Positions 46,842 through 55,685 of a stretch of 64,000 nucleotides of DNA are shown here, one piece after another; within the stretch, counting starts at the first letter, position 1; every line of letters begins with the position of its first letter. The stretch is taken from the sequence record OM867527.1; one strand, written 5' to 3'. Below the pieces are notes generated by a model. That model ran no database searches, was not told where the DNA came from, and worked only from the letters and a program-made list of their open reading frames with translations. The DNA is from a phage. A program made the position numbers and the translations under genes.

Positions 46842-47868
46842 TAGCAGCAGCCTTACGCCACTCAGGTGTAGCCTGAATTTCTGGTAATGCTCTGCCTACT
46901 GTGCGGAAGTACAGAATCTTATGGGTGAACGTTTTAAAGCGTTCAATATACTGAAGAACACCAACAAAGTTCTCTTCAGTAGTTTTGTTAGCCAGATGGT
47001 TAACGGTAGCCCAACACAGGTTGTTATCTTCCGGTAGTGCACAGCCCAGTGGGTCTTTGACTACTTTCTCAATCGTAATGATACGATTATACACCTGAGT
47101 GAATTGAACAAACTCTGTAGCCTTACCGGCAGTAACGTGACCTGCATAATAGATAGAATCTTCATCAGGAAGAGCACCTTCTGGCAGGTTCTTGAGGTCT
47201 TTGTTAACAAAGTCCCAAGTACGTGGACAACAGAACGTTTTGTTCTTATGAGCTGGGTCGAAGTCATGTAGATAGCCTGGATTAGCATGTAAGAATGCAA
47301 CCAGACGTTCATCCCATTGTTGAGGAATCATTACGTCTTCAACAAAGATGTCGAAGTTAAGTTCCATTTCAAAATGAACCACACGAGACTGCATTGCAGT
47401 ACCCAGAGGGTTAACAATGGCACGGTCAGTAGCTTTGTTACCAGCGCAGACAATCATCACATTGGGATGAAGTTTTTTCTGACCAGTCATACGGTCGAGA
47501 ATCAGTTTGTATGCAGCAGCTACTACCTCTTTCTTAGCTGAGTTGAACTCATCAAGGAACAGGAGCCAGCCATTATACCCTTCTGGTACTTCATCCCCTT
47601 CAATGGGGAATAAGTCAGCGAATGGAATAAACTCTGCACGGTCACCATTACGGAATGGTAAGCCAGACAGGTCTTCCGGGGCAGAAGTAGACAGACGATG
47701 GTCTATCAGCTTCATACCAAATTCTTCTGCAATAGAACGAATGATTGCAGATTTACCCATGCCTGGTGATGAAGTCAGGAACGGTACGTTACCTGCTTTT
47801 AAGGCACGGATAATAAAGTTACGAGCTTGACGTGAATTACATACGGTCAAGGAGTCAATGCTTGCCAT
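46816..47868 (-). CDS. MoxR-like AAA+ ATPase (N4 gp24-like)
   Basis: Walker A SPGMGKSAI, Walker B LLFLDEFN, sensor-like VCAGNKATD. Confidence 0.7.
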   Translation of the reverse strand: MASIDSLTVCNSRQARNFIIRALKAGNVPFLTSSPGMGKSAIIRSIAEEFGMKLIDHRLSTSAPEDLSGLPFRNGDRAEFIPFADLFPIEGDEVPEGYNGWLLFLDEFNSAKKEVVAAAYKLILDRMTGQKKLHPNVMIVCAGNKATDRAIVNPLGTAMQSRVVHFEMELNFDIFVEDVMIPQQWDERLVAFLHANPGYLHDFDPAHKNKTFCCPRTWDFVNKDLKNLPEGALPDEDSIYYAGHVTAGKATEFVQFTQVYNRIITIEKVVKDPLGCALPEDNNLCWATVNHLANKTTEENFVGVLQYIERFKTFTHKILYFRTVGRALPEIQATPEWRKAAANVSRYIHG

Positions 47869-47902
47869 TTACTTACTCTCCTAAAGCTAATGGGATTACT
47901 AA

Positions 47903-48232
47903 TTAAGATTTAGTGCAGGGGTATGCCTTGTGTACTGAGTACGCAACAATTTGAGATGTATTCTTCATCTTGAGGATTGCAGAGTCATAAATAACTACTT
48001 TGGCAATCTTAGGCAGAATGACTGAATACTTAATACCTTCAGGAACACAGTTATTTGTGCTCTCGATGTAAGAGATCATACTGCCCATGAAGAATCCCTG
48101 TCCGAACGCATCACGGGTGTCATCCAGGTAAGCCTGAGCACCCTCCAGAATAGGTTCTGGTTCAATTGCTTGTGCATTTGGGGTCAAAGCTATCAGTGCA
48201 GCTACTGCAATACCTTTAAGTAAAGTTTTCAT
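47903..48232 (-). CDS. secreted/periplasmic small protein (109 aa) with signal peptide
   Basis: N-terminus MKTLLKGIAVAALIALTPNAQA has a basic n-region, hydrophobic core and AQA-type cleavage site. Confidence 0.45.
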   Translation of the reverse strand: MKTLLKGIAVAALIALTPNAQAIEPEPILEGAQAYLDDTRDAFGQGFFMGSMISYIESTNNCVPEGIKYSVILPKIAKVVIYDSAILKMKNTSQIVAYSVHKAYPCTKS

Positions 48233-48418
48233 TTAGTTACCTTTCATTTCATTGAGTTTAAGTACACCGATAGGGGTTAATGACCACCCAAGACCAGTAT
48301 TGAACTGTACTAAGCCCAGCTTCTTAAGAGACTGTGCGGTTTTGTTATTACGGTTGCTGGTGGCAGAGCCACCTTGAACCATGCGAAGGAAGATTGCTTG
48401 GGATTGGGTTAATTTCAT
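48233..48418 (-). CDS. hypothetical protein (61 aa)
   Basis: Small ORF abutting the downstream gene. Confidence 0.35.
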   Translation of the reverse strand: MKLTQSQAIFLRMVQGGSATSNRNNKTAQSLKKLGLVQFNTGLGWSLTPIGVLKLNEMKGN

Positions 48419-48603
48419 TTCTTCTCCGGTACGAACTGCATTACGCAGTTTTGATTACGAGGGATATTAAGTTCACATTCATGCTTGAGGGTTTGTGTTA
48501 CAGAATTTGGAGTAGAACCAAAGTAGGTATTAGAAATAGCTACAAATCCTGCACCTATTAAACCACCTAGCAAGAATGAGAAGAATGCAATCTCTTTATA
48601 CAT
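48415..48603 (-). CDS. small membrane protein (62 aa)
   Basis: Hydrophobic helix FFSFLLGGLIGAGFVAI; 4-nt overlap with the downstream ORF. Confidence 0.35.
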   Translation of the reverse strand: MYKEIAFFSFLLGGLIGAGFVAISNTYFGSTPNSVTQTLKHECELNIPRNQNCVMQFVPEKK

Positions 48604-48628
48604 TTCCTGGCTCCAGGATGTTTAAGTC

Positions 48629-48658
48629 AAAAAAAGACCTCCTTTCAATAAGGAGGTC
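48629..48658 (-). terminator. rho-independent terminator (minus strand)
   Basis: GACCTCCT-(7-nt loop)-AGGAGGTC with a T7 run downstream on the minus strand. Confidence 0.55.
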
Positions 48659-48707
48659 AATAGATATCAAAGGAATGTTATGGGTTTTATCAACCCAAAT
48701 AAAGCAA

Positions 48708-48866
48708 TCAGTCTTTTTTAGATACTAACATACCGTATTTATCCAATAACTTACGTGCTCTAGATAGTGGCCCCATACCAATTCCCTTACGGTTATTGTA
48801 TTTGTAATTTTCTAAGATTTCTTTAAGCATTTTTAATGCTTCATCCCTTTCTTCTTCTGCTGTCAT
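48708..48866 (-). CDS. hypothetical small protein (52 aa), not in the ORF track
   Basis: ATG preceded by AGGAGAG RBS; I translated it by hand as MTAEEERDEALKMLKEILENYKYNNRKGIGMGPLSRARKLLDKYGMLVSKKD. Confidence 0.3.
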   Translation of the reverse strand: MTAEEERDEALKMLKEILENYKYNNRKGIGMGPLSRARKLLDKYGMLVSKKD

Positions 48867-48933
48867 TTTTACTCTCCTATATACACAAGAAAGCCCTCGC
48901 TAAGGAGGGCTATAACCACAAAAAGAAGTACTA

Positions 48934-49767
48934 TTACTCTGCAACAGTAACAGGGATTGTTACATCTACCTTACCGTTGGTAACTACTACAGAAGTAGCT
49001 TCACCAGCAGCCACAGGCTTAACTGTCAGTACGTTACCAGCAATGGTAGCTGTAGCACGACCAGATTCTGGAGCAGTCTTGATAGACAAAGCATCAGAAG
49101 AAGAACCAACAGGCATAGCAACAATTGTTACAGTCTTACCATTAGTAGTATCAGCAGCAACAGACAGATCCAGTGAAGCAGGAGTAGCTACCAGTGAGCT
49201 TGCTACGTAGTAGCCTACAGCCAGCAGCGTCTCATCTTCTACCGTGGTTCCATTAGCATCAGTAACAATCACTTTATAAGTACCAGCAGAAGTAGCTGCT
49301 ACATCATTAAGAGTTAGTGTTGCAGTAACAGCAGATGGGTTAGTACTGGAGCTAATATCAGCGAATGCTGCACCAGCGGTATTAGCTTTGAATTGCCATT
49401 TATAAGTAAATGGTGCTTTACCACCTGCTACATCAACATGCCAGTCAATACCTTCACCTTCAATAGCGGAGACTACACGAGGCAGTTTGGTAACAATAGT
49501 CAACCGTGGAGTAGCTTTCATATCAATAGAGATAGACTGCATATCCACGATGTTGTTAGGCCAGAAGCCTTCTTTACTAGGGTCTTTGGCAGAACGTTTA
49601 TACAGCAGATCACGAACACCATGGAAGATAACTAAGCTATCAGGGTAAGTGGCATCCGGGTGTACAAAAGTACCTACTTCTACGGAACCACCTGGAATAG
49701 AACCACTGGCATCCAGTACAGTTGCAACATTAGTGGTTTTGTTAAAACCTACTTTCAAAGTTGGCAT
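48934..49767 (-). CDS. Ig-like-domain virion decoration protein (N4 gp17-like, putative)
   Basis: Thr/Val/Ala-rich beta-strand composition typical of Ig-like domains; lies just after the RNAP II genes, as gene 17 follows 15/16 in N4 (recalled). Start placed at MPTLKVG with a GAGGAAA RBS. Confidence 0.45.
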   Translation of the reverse strand: MPTLKVGFNKTTNVATVLDASGSIPGGSVEVGTFVHPDATYPDSLVIFHGVRDLLYKRSAKDPSKEGFWPNNIVDMQSISIDMKATPRLTIVTKLPRVVSAIEGEGIDWHVDVAGGKAPFTYKWQFKANTAGAAFADISSSTNPSAVTATLTLNDVAATSAGTYKVIVTDANGTTVEDETLLAVGYYVASSLVATPASLDLSVAADTTNGKTVTIVAMPVGSSSDALSIKTAPESGRATATIAGNVLTVKPVAAGEATSVVVTNGKVDVTIPVTVAE

Positions 49768-49812
49768 ATCAATTTCCTCATAAGTAAATAGCAGAGTTAG
49801 TATACATGACAG

Positions 49813-49843
49813 ATAAAAAAATAAACCCTCCGTTAAGAGGGTT
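49813..49843 (-). terminator. rho-independent terminator (minus strand)
   Basis: AACCCTC-(6-nt loop)-GAGGGTT followed on the minus strand by TTTTTTTATCT. Confidence 0.5.
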
Positions 49844-50024
49844 AGTTGTTTACGCAGTAGATAGCAAAAGCTATCCATCCCGCTATTACAAAGCAGCCTA
49901 GTGAGTATGCTCCATAATAGCAGTAAGCAAACTTAGACTTGTGGGCACGGACTATCGTAGCCAGAGCCAGTACGGATAAAACTATCAGTATTAACTGAAA
50001 GATTATTTCAAAAGTGATTAGCAT
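49842..50024 (-). CDS. small membrane protein (~60 aa)
   Basis: Start at the ATG with a GGAGGT RBS; hydrophobic helices throughout. Confidence 0.35.
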   Translation of the reverse strand: MLITFEIIFQLILIVLSVLALATIVRAHKSKFAYCYYGAYSLGCFVIAGWIAFAIYCVNN

Positions 50025-50041
50025 AGTTGCTACCTCCAAAG

Positions 50042-50074
50042 AAAAAATAAGCCTCACTCCCGAAGGAATGAGGC
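50042..50074 (-). terminator. rho-independent terminator after the RNAP II genes (minus strand)
   Basis: GCCTCA...TGAGGC stem with inner pairs and a CGAA-type loop, followed on the minus strand by TTATTTTTTC. Confidence 0.5.
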
Positions 50075-50081
50075 TAGTTTA

Positions 50082-51299
50082 TTAACTTAATGCATAGTCT
50101 GTTTCAAGAATGTCCTGCCAGAGGCTGTCATCCAGCTTACCAGCAGAGAACTCTTGCCCCAGTACCTGAGACAGAATGAAGCCCAGCAGGTCACTCTTAG
50201 CAATGTCAGACAGAATCTGATTGTACTGACGACGTAAGTCGTTACCGTAGTTAGGATGGCAACGGAAGCAGTCATGTACAGTCATTACAGGGAATGGCTT
50301 CTTAGGCAAAGTATTGAGCATAGTTAAGATTACATCTGTATCTACCAATGCAATGGTTTCTGAATCCAGGTAATCAAAGATACGGGTAGACAGGAATCCA
50401 GACTTCTTATAACTAGTCCATAATGTATTAACCATTTCATGGCTAGCACCTGGGACAACTATGTATTCACTGGTTCCCTCACAGAGGGACTTAATATAGT
50501 TCACCTGGTTCATGTTGAAGTTACAACGACGCAGCATCTCACGTACCACCATTCCATCAATAGAGTGAGTGATGTTAGCAGAGAGCATACGGGTCTTTTC
50601 TTCAGTACCCTGAACCATACGAGTGATGTCGAATGGCTTACCTAAGAAGTTAACAGTCTGTACCTCTGGAACCATGACCTTAATGACAGCATGGAAGTTG
50701 TCAGGCAGTACCCATATGTAACGGTTGGCATCAGGGTTACCACATTGCAGTAAGAACTTGTTGAGTGCCCAAGGACCACTAGCAACAGTTTCCATTACAT
50801 TCTCAAAAGTCTTGAGACGAATACCTTCACCGAATACCTCTTTAGGCTTGGCTTCTGAGCCGTAGAATGCAGTCATAACAGCCTGCTTAGTGTCACTACG
50901 TTTAATACGTGATGCTTCACCAAGGATGTCCAGCATCTTATGATAGATGACTGTATAAGCATCACGGCGTAATGGTTTACCATTCTCACCCATGTAATTA
51001 ACTACGTTACACAGTTCAGCAGCAGAACGGTCACCGGTCAGACAGGCCAGTAACTGCAAGCCTGATGATGTAGCATCCAGAGCTACGGCATAGCCAATAG
51101 GCTTACCTGCTTTCATATCTTTCCATGCGTTTACACCAGCAAAGAACAGAGCAGAATCTTCAGCTTCATCTACCAGATTAAGCAGGTTAGCTTCGTTCTC
51201 ATCGAACCAGGCAATACGTTCATCCCATGTCTTCTTATCTAAGCCATAGTTATTAGCAATATCTACTTTCAGGTATTCTTTAGCGGTTAACAGTTGCAT
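50082..51299 (-). CDS. phage RNA polymerase II catalytic subunit (N4 gp16-like, T7-like RNAP C-terminal half)
   Basis: Motif A-like ALDATSSGLQ, motif B-like KQAVMTAFYGSEAK, motif C-like MTVHDCF; 405 aa (N4 gp16 ~404 aa by recall). Confidence 0.75.
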   Translation of the reverse strand: MQLLTAKEYLKVDIANNYGLDKKTWDERIAWFDENEANLLNLVDEAEDSALFFAGVNAWKDMKAGKPIGYAVALDATSSGLQLLACLTGDRSAAELCNVVNYMGENGKPLRRDAYTVIYHKMLDILGEASRIKRSDTKQAVMTAFYGSEAKPKEVFGEGIRLKTFENVMETVASGPWALNKFLLQCGNPDANRYIWVLPDNFHAVIKVMVPEVQTVNFLGKPFDITRMVQGTEEKTRMLSANITHSIDGMVVREMLRRCNFNMNQVNYIKSLCEGTSEYIVVPGASHEMVNTLWTSYKKSGFLSTRIFDYLDSETIALVDTDVILTMLNTLPKKPFPVMTVHDCFRCHPNYGNDLRRQYNQILSDIAKSDLLGFILSQVLGQEFSAGKLDDSLWQDILETDYALS

Positions 51300-51356
51300 T
51301 TTATGTTCCTTTTGCTTCTTGGCTCCCCACTATGAAGAGCCTGCTTATTGGGATTA

Positions 51357-51971
51357 TTACTTCCAGGCCCACTTAAAGCCTTTGTATGTTTTGGGGTTAT
51401 AAATATGACCTCTGCCATCCTTCACAGGGATACCATTGGCTACCGTTATAATACCCCACGTTCTACCACTTACATGGCGTGCAGCATCTGCTGTAGTAAC
51501 AAATTCTTTATAGAATGTACCGTCTAGGTGATAGGCGATAACAGGTTGTGCAGTGGCAATGTTACCTTCTTTCTTGCTACGTGCTCCTTTATCCCTATTC
51601 TCTTTCCAGGACATTAGTTGAATGTTATCCAGAGTATATGGTTTTTGGTCATCTATACGGTCTACAGATGGTTTATAGTCTTTTGCATAGTCACTCGCTA
51701 CATAATCATCCCATAGTTGATGAATATTTGGTTGTTTATCCAACCATTCATAGAAATCTTCTAGTGAATAGTTGGGTGGTGGGTGTCCTCTTTTAATAGA
51801 GTGAGATAGTTGAGTTAGATAAGTCTTCCTGAACATACATACCGGGTCGGCTTTGTTATACCTCAAAGTCCGACATTTACGGCACCGTACCTCATAACCG
51901 TCTTTGCAGGTTGATTTTGGTACGAACTCTGTGAGGTCTTTTGTTTCCCCACAGTCCTTGCAGATTTTCAT
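51357..51971 (-). CDS. zinc-ribbon / HNH-like endonuclease (free-standing homing-endonuclease-like ORF)
   Basis: N-terminal CxxC...CxxC cluster; VDRIDDQKPYTLDNIQLMSWKENRDKG matches the HNH_3-type pattern HHIDxN...NL.L.....EN but with the His-His pair replaced by Asp-Arg; sits between the two RNAP II subunit genes. Confidence 0.4.
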   Translation of the reverse strand: MKICKDCGETKDLTEFVPKSTCKDGYEVRCRKCRTLRYNKADPVCMFRKTYLTQLSHSIKRGHPPPNYSLEDFYEWLDKQPNIHQLWDDYVASDYAKDYKPSVDRIDDQKPYTLDNIQLMSWKENRDKGARSKKEGNIATAQPVIAYHLDGTFYKEFVTTADAARHVSGRTWGIITVANGIPVKDGRGHIYNPKTYKGFKWAWK

Positions 51972-52786
51972 TAGTCCTCCACGAGTTCTTTATGTGCGAA
52001 CTCTATTACTGCCTTATTCCATGAAGTACCCGCATAATTAATATGGTAACCACAGGCATATGTACGCCCACGTTTGTCATATTTGTGAGCCAGAGAGAAA
52101 TTATTACCTTCTTTGGTCACTAACTCCATTACTTCCTTAGCTGTACGACTGTATTTCTCAAAGGCTTTGACTCGTTTCTCATATTCCTGACGGGTTTCAC
52201 CTTCTTTTGGTTTATCCATGTTAGGACGAGAGTCTTTTACGTAGTTAGCAACGTCCCAGTTAATGCAGAGACGTTGATTGTTCATACGGTTGATGTGGTC
52301 AAGACAGACATCCATCTCATGATGGTTCTTCTTGAGGATGATGCTACCCCTGCTTTCGTAGTAACCAGTATCACGGTTACATTTAACAGGCTTAGGAGCA
52401 CTTACGATAGGCAATGGATACTGGAATGCTTCTAGTTCCATCTGTACATCTTCACTAATCTCATAGATAACACCGAACTTGTCGATGGTAGGGTCATAGT
52501 TGAAGCAGTCATTCTCTGCCATCTTATACAGACAGTCAGCGATGTACTGAGCATCATCTGAGTGACTCATAAGAGAGCCAATCATAGTCTGAATGTCAGC
52601 ACGTTTATGTAGGGCAATCTGCACCATTGCATCAATGAGCAGCTTATAATCAATTTCCAAATAGGCAGCGAATGCCTTAAAGTCAATTTCTTCGGAGTCC
52701 TCGAATTCCTTCCTCATGCGAGGGAGTAATTGATTCTTGTTGAAAAGGATTTCAAGTCGCTTCTGATGTTCAATAGATGAGTACAT
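51971..52786 (-). CDS. phage RNA polymerase II small subunit (N4 gp15-like, T7-like RNAP N-terminal half)
   Basis: DxRGRxY-like motif YDKRGRTY near the C-terminus; 271 aa; upstream of the catalytic subunit. Confidence 0.6.
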   Translation of the reverse strand: MYSSIEHQKRLEILFNKNQLLPRMRKEFEDSEEIDFKAFAAYLEIDYKLLIDAMVQIALHKRADIQTMIGSLMSHSDDAQYIADCLYKMAENDCFNYDPTIDKFGVIYEISEDVQMELEAFQYPLPIVSAPKPVKCNRDTGYYESRGSIILKKNHHEMDVCLDHINRMNNQRLCINWDVANYVKDSRPNMDKPKEGETRQEYEKRVKAFEKYSRTAKEVMELVTKEGNNFSLAHKYDKRGRTYACGYHINYAGTSWNKAVIEFAHKELVED

Positions 52787-52806
52787 CGCATATTCTCCTA
52801 ATTAAT

Positions 52807-53040
52807 TTAAACAATACTTGCTATTAGAGTCCTAGTTTTATGTTCACTAGCACATCGGTAATACATTCTTATGTAGTTTCCATGGAAGTTATGTCTCCAT
52901 GCCCACGGGAAGGGTAGTTCTACTTCACACCAGTTATTAGGGCTTTCATATGCCCCTTTAACTGCTTCTTTAATCTTTGGATAATTACCCCATTTATGTT
53001 TATGTTTCTTAGCTATGATTTGCTGAATTGATACCGACAT
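52807..53040 (-). CDS. hypothetical protein (77 aa)
   Basis: Small ORF upstream of the RNAP II genes. Confidence 0.35.
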   Translation of the reverse strand: MSVSIQQIIAKKHKHKWGNYPKIKEAVKGAYESPNNWCEVELPFPWAWRHNFHGNYIRMYYRCASEHKTRTLIASIV

Positions 53041-53067
53041 TGCATATCCTTAAGCTGCGGAGCAGCT

Positions 53068-53418
53068 TTAACTCCAGTAGTTGTAAGCATCACCTAAGTA
53101 TTTACGCCATGCTTCTGGTAACAGCACGTTGCCAGTGACATTAATGAACAGGTATGGGTCCATAAAATCCATTCTCATTACTTTGAAATCCCATTGCGGA
53201 TTAATAGATGCATAAGCAATAAAACCCTCAATGAAGCCATAAATAGCACCTTCTTTGATCCGGTCACCACTACCATCTCTTACCGGAATGGCGAAGCTAT
53301 TACCATAATGACCATAGGCCATTCCCCATCGAGCACCATGCTTCTTATAAGCTAATTTGGCAGCAGCATTAGTATGCTGCCCTAGTGTATTGGTAGTGAA
53401 TACTAAGATTTCTTTCAC
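53068..53418 (-). CDS. hypothetical protein (116 aa)
   Basis: Member of a translationally coupled small-gene operon (4-nt ATGA overlaps). Confidence 0.4.
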   Translation of the reverse strand: MKEILVFTTNTLGQHTNAAAKLAYKKHGARWGMAYGHYGNSFAIPVRDGSGDRIKEGAIYGFIEGFIAYASINPQWDFKVMRMDFMDPYLFINVTGNVLLPEAWRKYLGDAYNYWS

Positions 53419-53612
53419 ATTAATCCCCTTACTTCTTTATAGAATTTAATAGCATCTTCCTGAGTTTCAGGCTTAACTTCATAAACACAGTCAAGAGCTT
53501 GTTCATGGTCACGTTGCTCCTTCTTTGTTCGGCAATGACCACATTTACCATCCCATTGGGATACATGGCCTTTACCACATTTACATTGCTTATCCATTTG
53601 GATTCTCCACAA
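53415..53612 (-). CDS. zinc-ribbon protein (65 aa)
   Basis: CKCGKGHVSQWDGKCGHCRTK gives a CxC...CxxC metal-binding pattern. Confidence 0.4.
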   Translation of the reverse strand: MWRIQMDKQCKCGKGHVSQWDGKCGHCRTKKEQRDHEQALDCVYEVKPETQEDAIKFYKEVRGLM

Positions 53613-53970
53613 AGTAGTTATACATAGCCTTTACTAGCTTCTCTTTAATAACCTCACCATGACATGGTTTTGGATAACAGAAGCACTGTAAGGCTAATCC
53701 TTTCTCGTCAATGGCTTTATTACCAAGACGATTTAATTCATCCAGTACAACTGGATTCTTCCTCATAATTTGTTCATTAAGCCATACTCGATATTTGGCT
53801 ATAACCTGTTCTCTTGAACCGTCTTTACCAATGACAAATGGATTGCCTAATGGTGAACCACGTCCAATATATTCACCGGATTTACCGTGATGTTTATTAA
53901 CAATAATGATTGGACGTGCAGATACACCTAGTAAAGCATTGGTGTCGTCACCTAATGACATAATCTTCAT
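53590..53970 (-). CDS. DUF4326-like protein (126 aa)
   Basis: YIGRGSPLGNPF matches the signature I recall for DUF4326. Confidence 0.35.
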   Translation of the reverse strand: MKIMSLGDDTNALLGVSARPIIIVNKHHGKSGEYIGRGSPLGNPFVIGKDGSREQVIAKYRVWLNEQIMRKNPVVLDELNRLGNKAIDEKGLALQCFCYPKPCHGEVIKEKLVKAMYNYFVENPNG

Positions 53971-54281
53971 GGCTTAAGTACCTGGAATGGGAACACAGGA
54001 CGTTTACTACTCCACTGGTTCATAGCTAATTCACTAGTTTCAGAACCATCATGTAAGTCGTAGATAAATGAAATTACATAGTCTGGTTCTTCCGGGAAGT
54101 TTTCTGTAGAGAAGGGTAGACCTGATTCCTTAAGAATAGGGACTAGAGGAGAATCAGCATTACAATAGAGGGTAAACTCTTCATTGAATGCTTGGCTTGT
54201 CTGAGATACATAATCAATATTACGCATCATCTTATCTACATCAGTAAATGTAGAATCATGTACTACTAGAATAGTTTTCAT
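53967..54281 (-). CDS. hypothetical protein (104 aa)
   Basis: 4-nt overlap with neighbours in the small-gene operon. Confidence 0.4.
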   Translation of the reverse strand: MKTILVVHDSTFTDVDKMMRNIDYVSQTSQAFNEEFTLYCNADSPLVPILKESGLPFSTENFPEEPDYVISFIYDLHDGSETSELAMNQWSSKRPVFPFQVLKP

Positions 54282-54469
54282 ACTGGCTCCTTGCCTGTAA
54301 ATGCTACTACTTTTCCTGACATATTTCGTATGGTTACCTGTGCTGAGTTAACATCAGCAAATTGCTCTGCAACCCAATTAAGCATCTCAGGTTCATTATT
54401 TAATTGTTTGTTAATCACCGTTTTACTATCTGCTGTTACTAAAGTGATTTCATAATTTTCAATATTCAT
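54278..54469 (-). CDS. hypothetical protein (63 aa)
   Basis: 4-nt overlap with neighbours in the small-gene operon. Confidence 0.35.
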   Translation of the reverse strand: MNIENYEITLVTADSKTVINKQLNNEPEMLNWVAEQFADVNSAQVTIRNMSGKVVAFTGKEPV

Positions 54470-54723
54470 GATACTTTCTCCAAAGTTAAGTAAGTCTTAT
54501 TATCTTCAGGCACATAATTACAAATACCAATCTCTTCCTGCCTTCCTTTAGATACCCAAGTACCTTCAGCAGTTAGTTTGGGCTTTCTTGCAAAACCCAT
54601 AAGAGAAGAGTTATTACTAGTATATGTACGTGGTAACAGGGCAACATATTTAACCCATAAAGGTATTGCAATTGTTTGCCCCATGTAATTGAACGGTCTA
54701 CAGGTAGGGTATGTAATAATCAT
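54466..54723 (-). CDS. hypothetical protein (85 aa)
   Basis: 4-nt overlap with the downstream gene. Confidence 0.35.
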   Translation of the reverse strand: MIITYPTCRPFNYMGQTIAIPLWVKYVALLPRTYTSNNSSLMGFARKPKLTAEGTWVSKGRQEEIGICNYVPEDNKTYLTLEKVS

Positions 54724-55080
54724 TTAGTACCTCACAATATATACAGGTTTATTTAGCCTCTGCATGATATCAATCATGTGCTTGGTTCCTTTGGATTTAC
54801 CATCCCAGAAACATACAGCAGCATCTGCAAATTCCCCCATTTCTTTATTCCTACGGAATCCAGCAGACTTGCCATAGGTATCCCATTCAGCAGGGAAGAA
54901 ATGTATTTGCATATTCGCAGATTTCCATAGATAGAAAGCTCTTATATCTGCACCACGAGCCATACCACATACTAATTCTGGGCATTCAGGTATACTTCCT
55001 GAATTTACTAACTTCTGTAGTTCCTCAACCATACGATTGGTATCAGTGAAGTCACGTCCACCAGCTACAATTAGTTTCAT
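54724..55080 (-). CDS. SLOG/DprA-like Rossmann-fold protein (DUF2493-like, putative)
   Basis: LIVAGGRDF and GMARGADIRAF resemble the DprA/SLOG signature (GLARGID) as recalled. Confidence 0.35.
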   Translation of the reverse strand: MKLIVAGGRDFTDTNRMVEELQKLVNSGSIPECPELVCGMARGADIRAFYLWKSANMQIHFFPAEWDTYGKSAGFRRNKEMGEFADAAVCFWDGKSKGTKHMIDIMQRLNKPVYIVRY

Positions 55081-55298
55081 TTCTGATAACCCTCTATGAA
55101 GTTAGTACGACGAATAAGCTGAGTAGATGCCTTAACGGCTGTCTTCTTGAACTCATCTTTGTGTTGGTTTTCCAATATCTTATCCCATTCTTTCTGGTTC
55201 CGTTGTTTCTGTAGAATACGACTACACTTCTTATGATTAGCAACTCCTTTACGTTTGCTACATACAGGGCAAACACCATAATCAGTTGAGTACATCAT
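55077..55298 (-). CDS. zinc-finger protein (73 aa)
   Basis: CPVCSKRKGVANHKKC CxxC...HxxC pattern; 4-nt overlaps on both sides. Confidence 0.35.
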   Translation of the reverse strand: MMYSTDYGVCPVCSKRKGVANHKKCSRILQKQRNQKEWDKILENQHKDEFKKTAVKASTQLIRRTNFIEGYQK

Positions 55299-55603
55299 TG
55301 GCTTAAAGCCTCCAGTAATATTTTACGAATAACATTTACGTCAGATTCAGTACCAATTAAGCCAACAGGCTTACCTGTACTATCCATTACAAAGGATGCA
55401 ATCCTTTCCATCTCTGCTGTAATTAACTTGTCACCACTAATAAGACGATTACGAAGGTAAGCTTCATAAGCTACCTCTACATCTTCTACCGTGGTTCTTT
55501 CATTACGAGTGAATGGATTGCTTAATGGGAATGGTAGGTGGATACGTATATTCCGGTCAGCTATCTTAGCTGAATGTGGAAGTATACAAACAATTTCATT
55601 CAA
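55295..55603 (-). CDS. hypothetical protein (102 aa)
   Basis: First gene of the 53068-55603 coupled operon. Confidence 0.4.
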   Translation of the reverse strand: MNEIVCILPHSAKIADRNIRIHLPFPLSNPFTRNERTTVEDVEVAYEAYLRNRLISGDKLITAEMERIASFVMDSTGKPVGLIGTESDVNVIRKILLEALSQ

Positions 55604-55685
55604 GGTTATTTCTCCTATTTAAATACATATCTAACTATTCAAGAATAAAAAATAGAAGCCCTCCTAATGGAGGACTCCTTACAGT

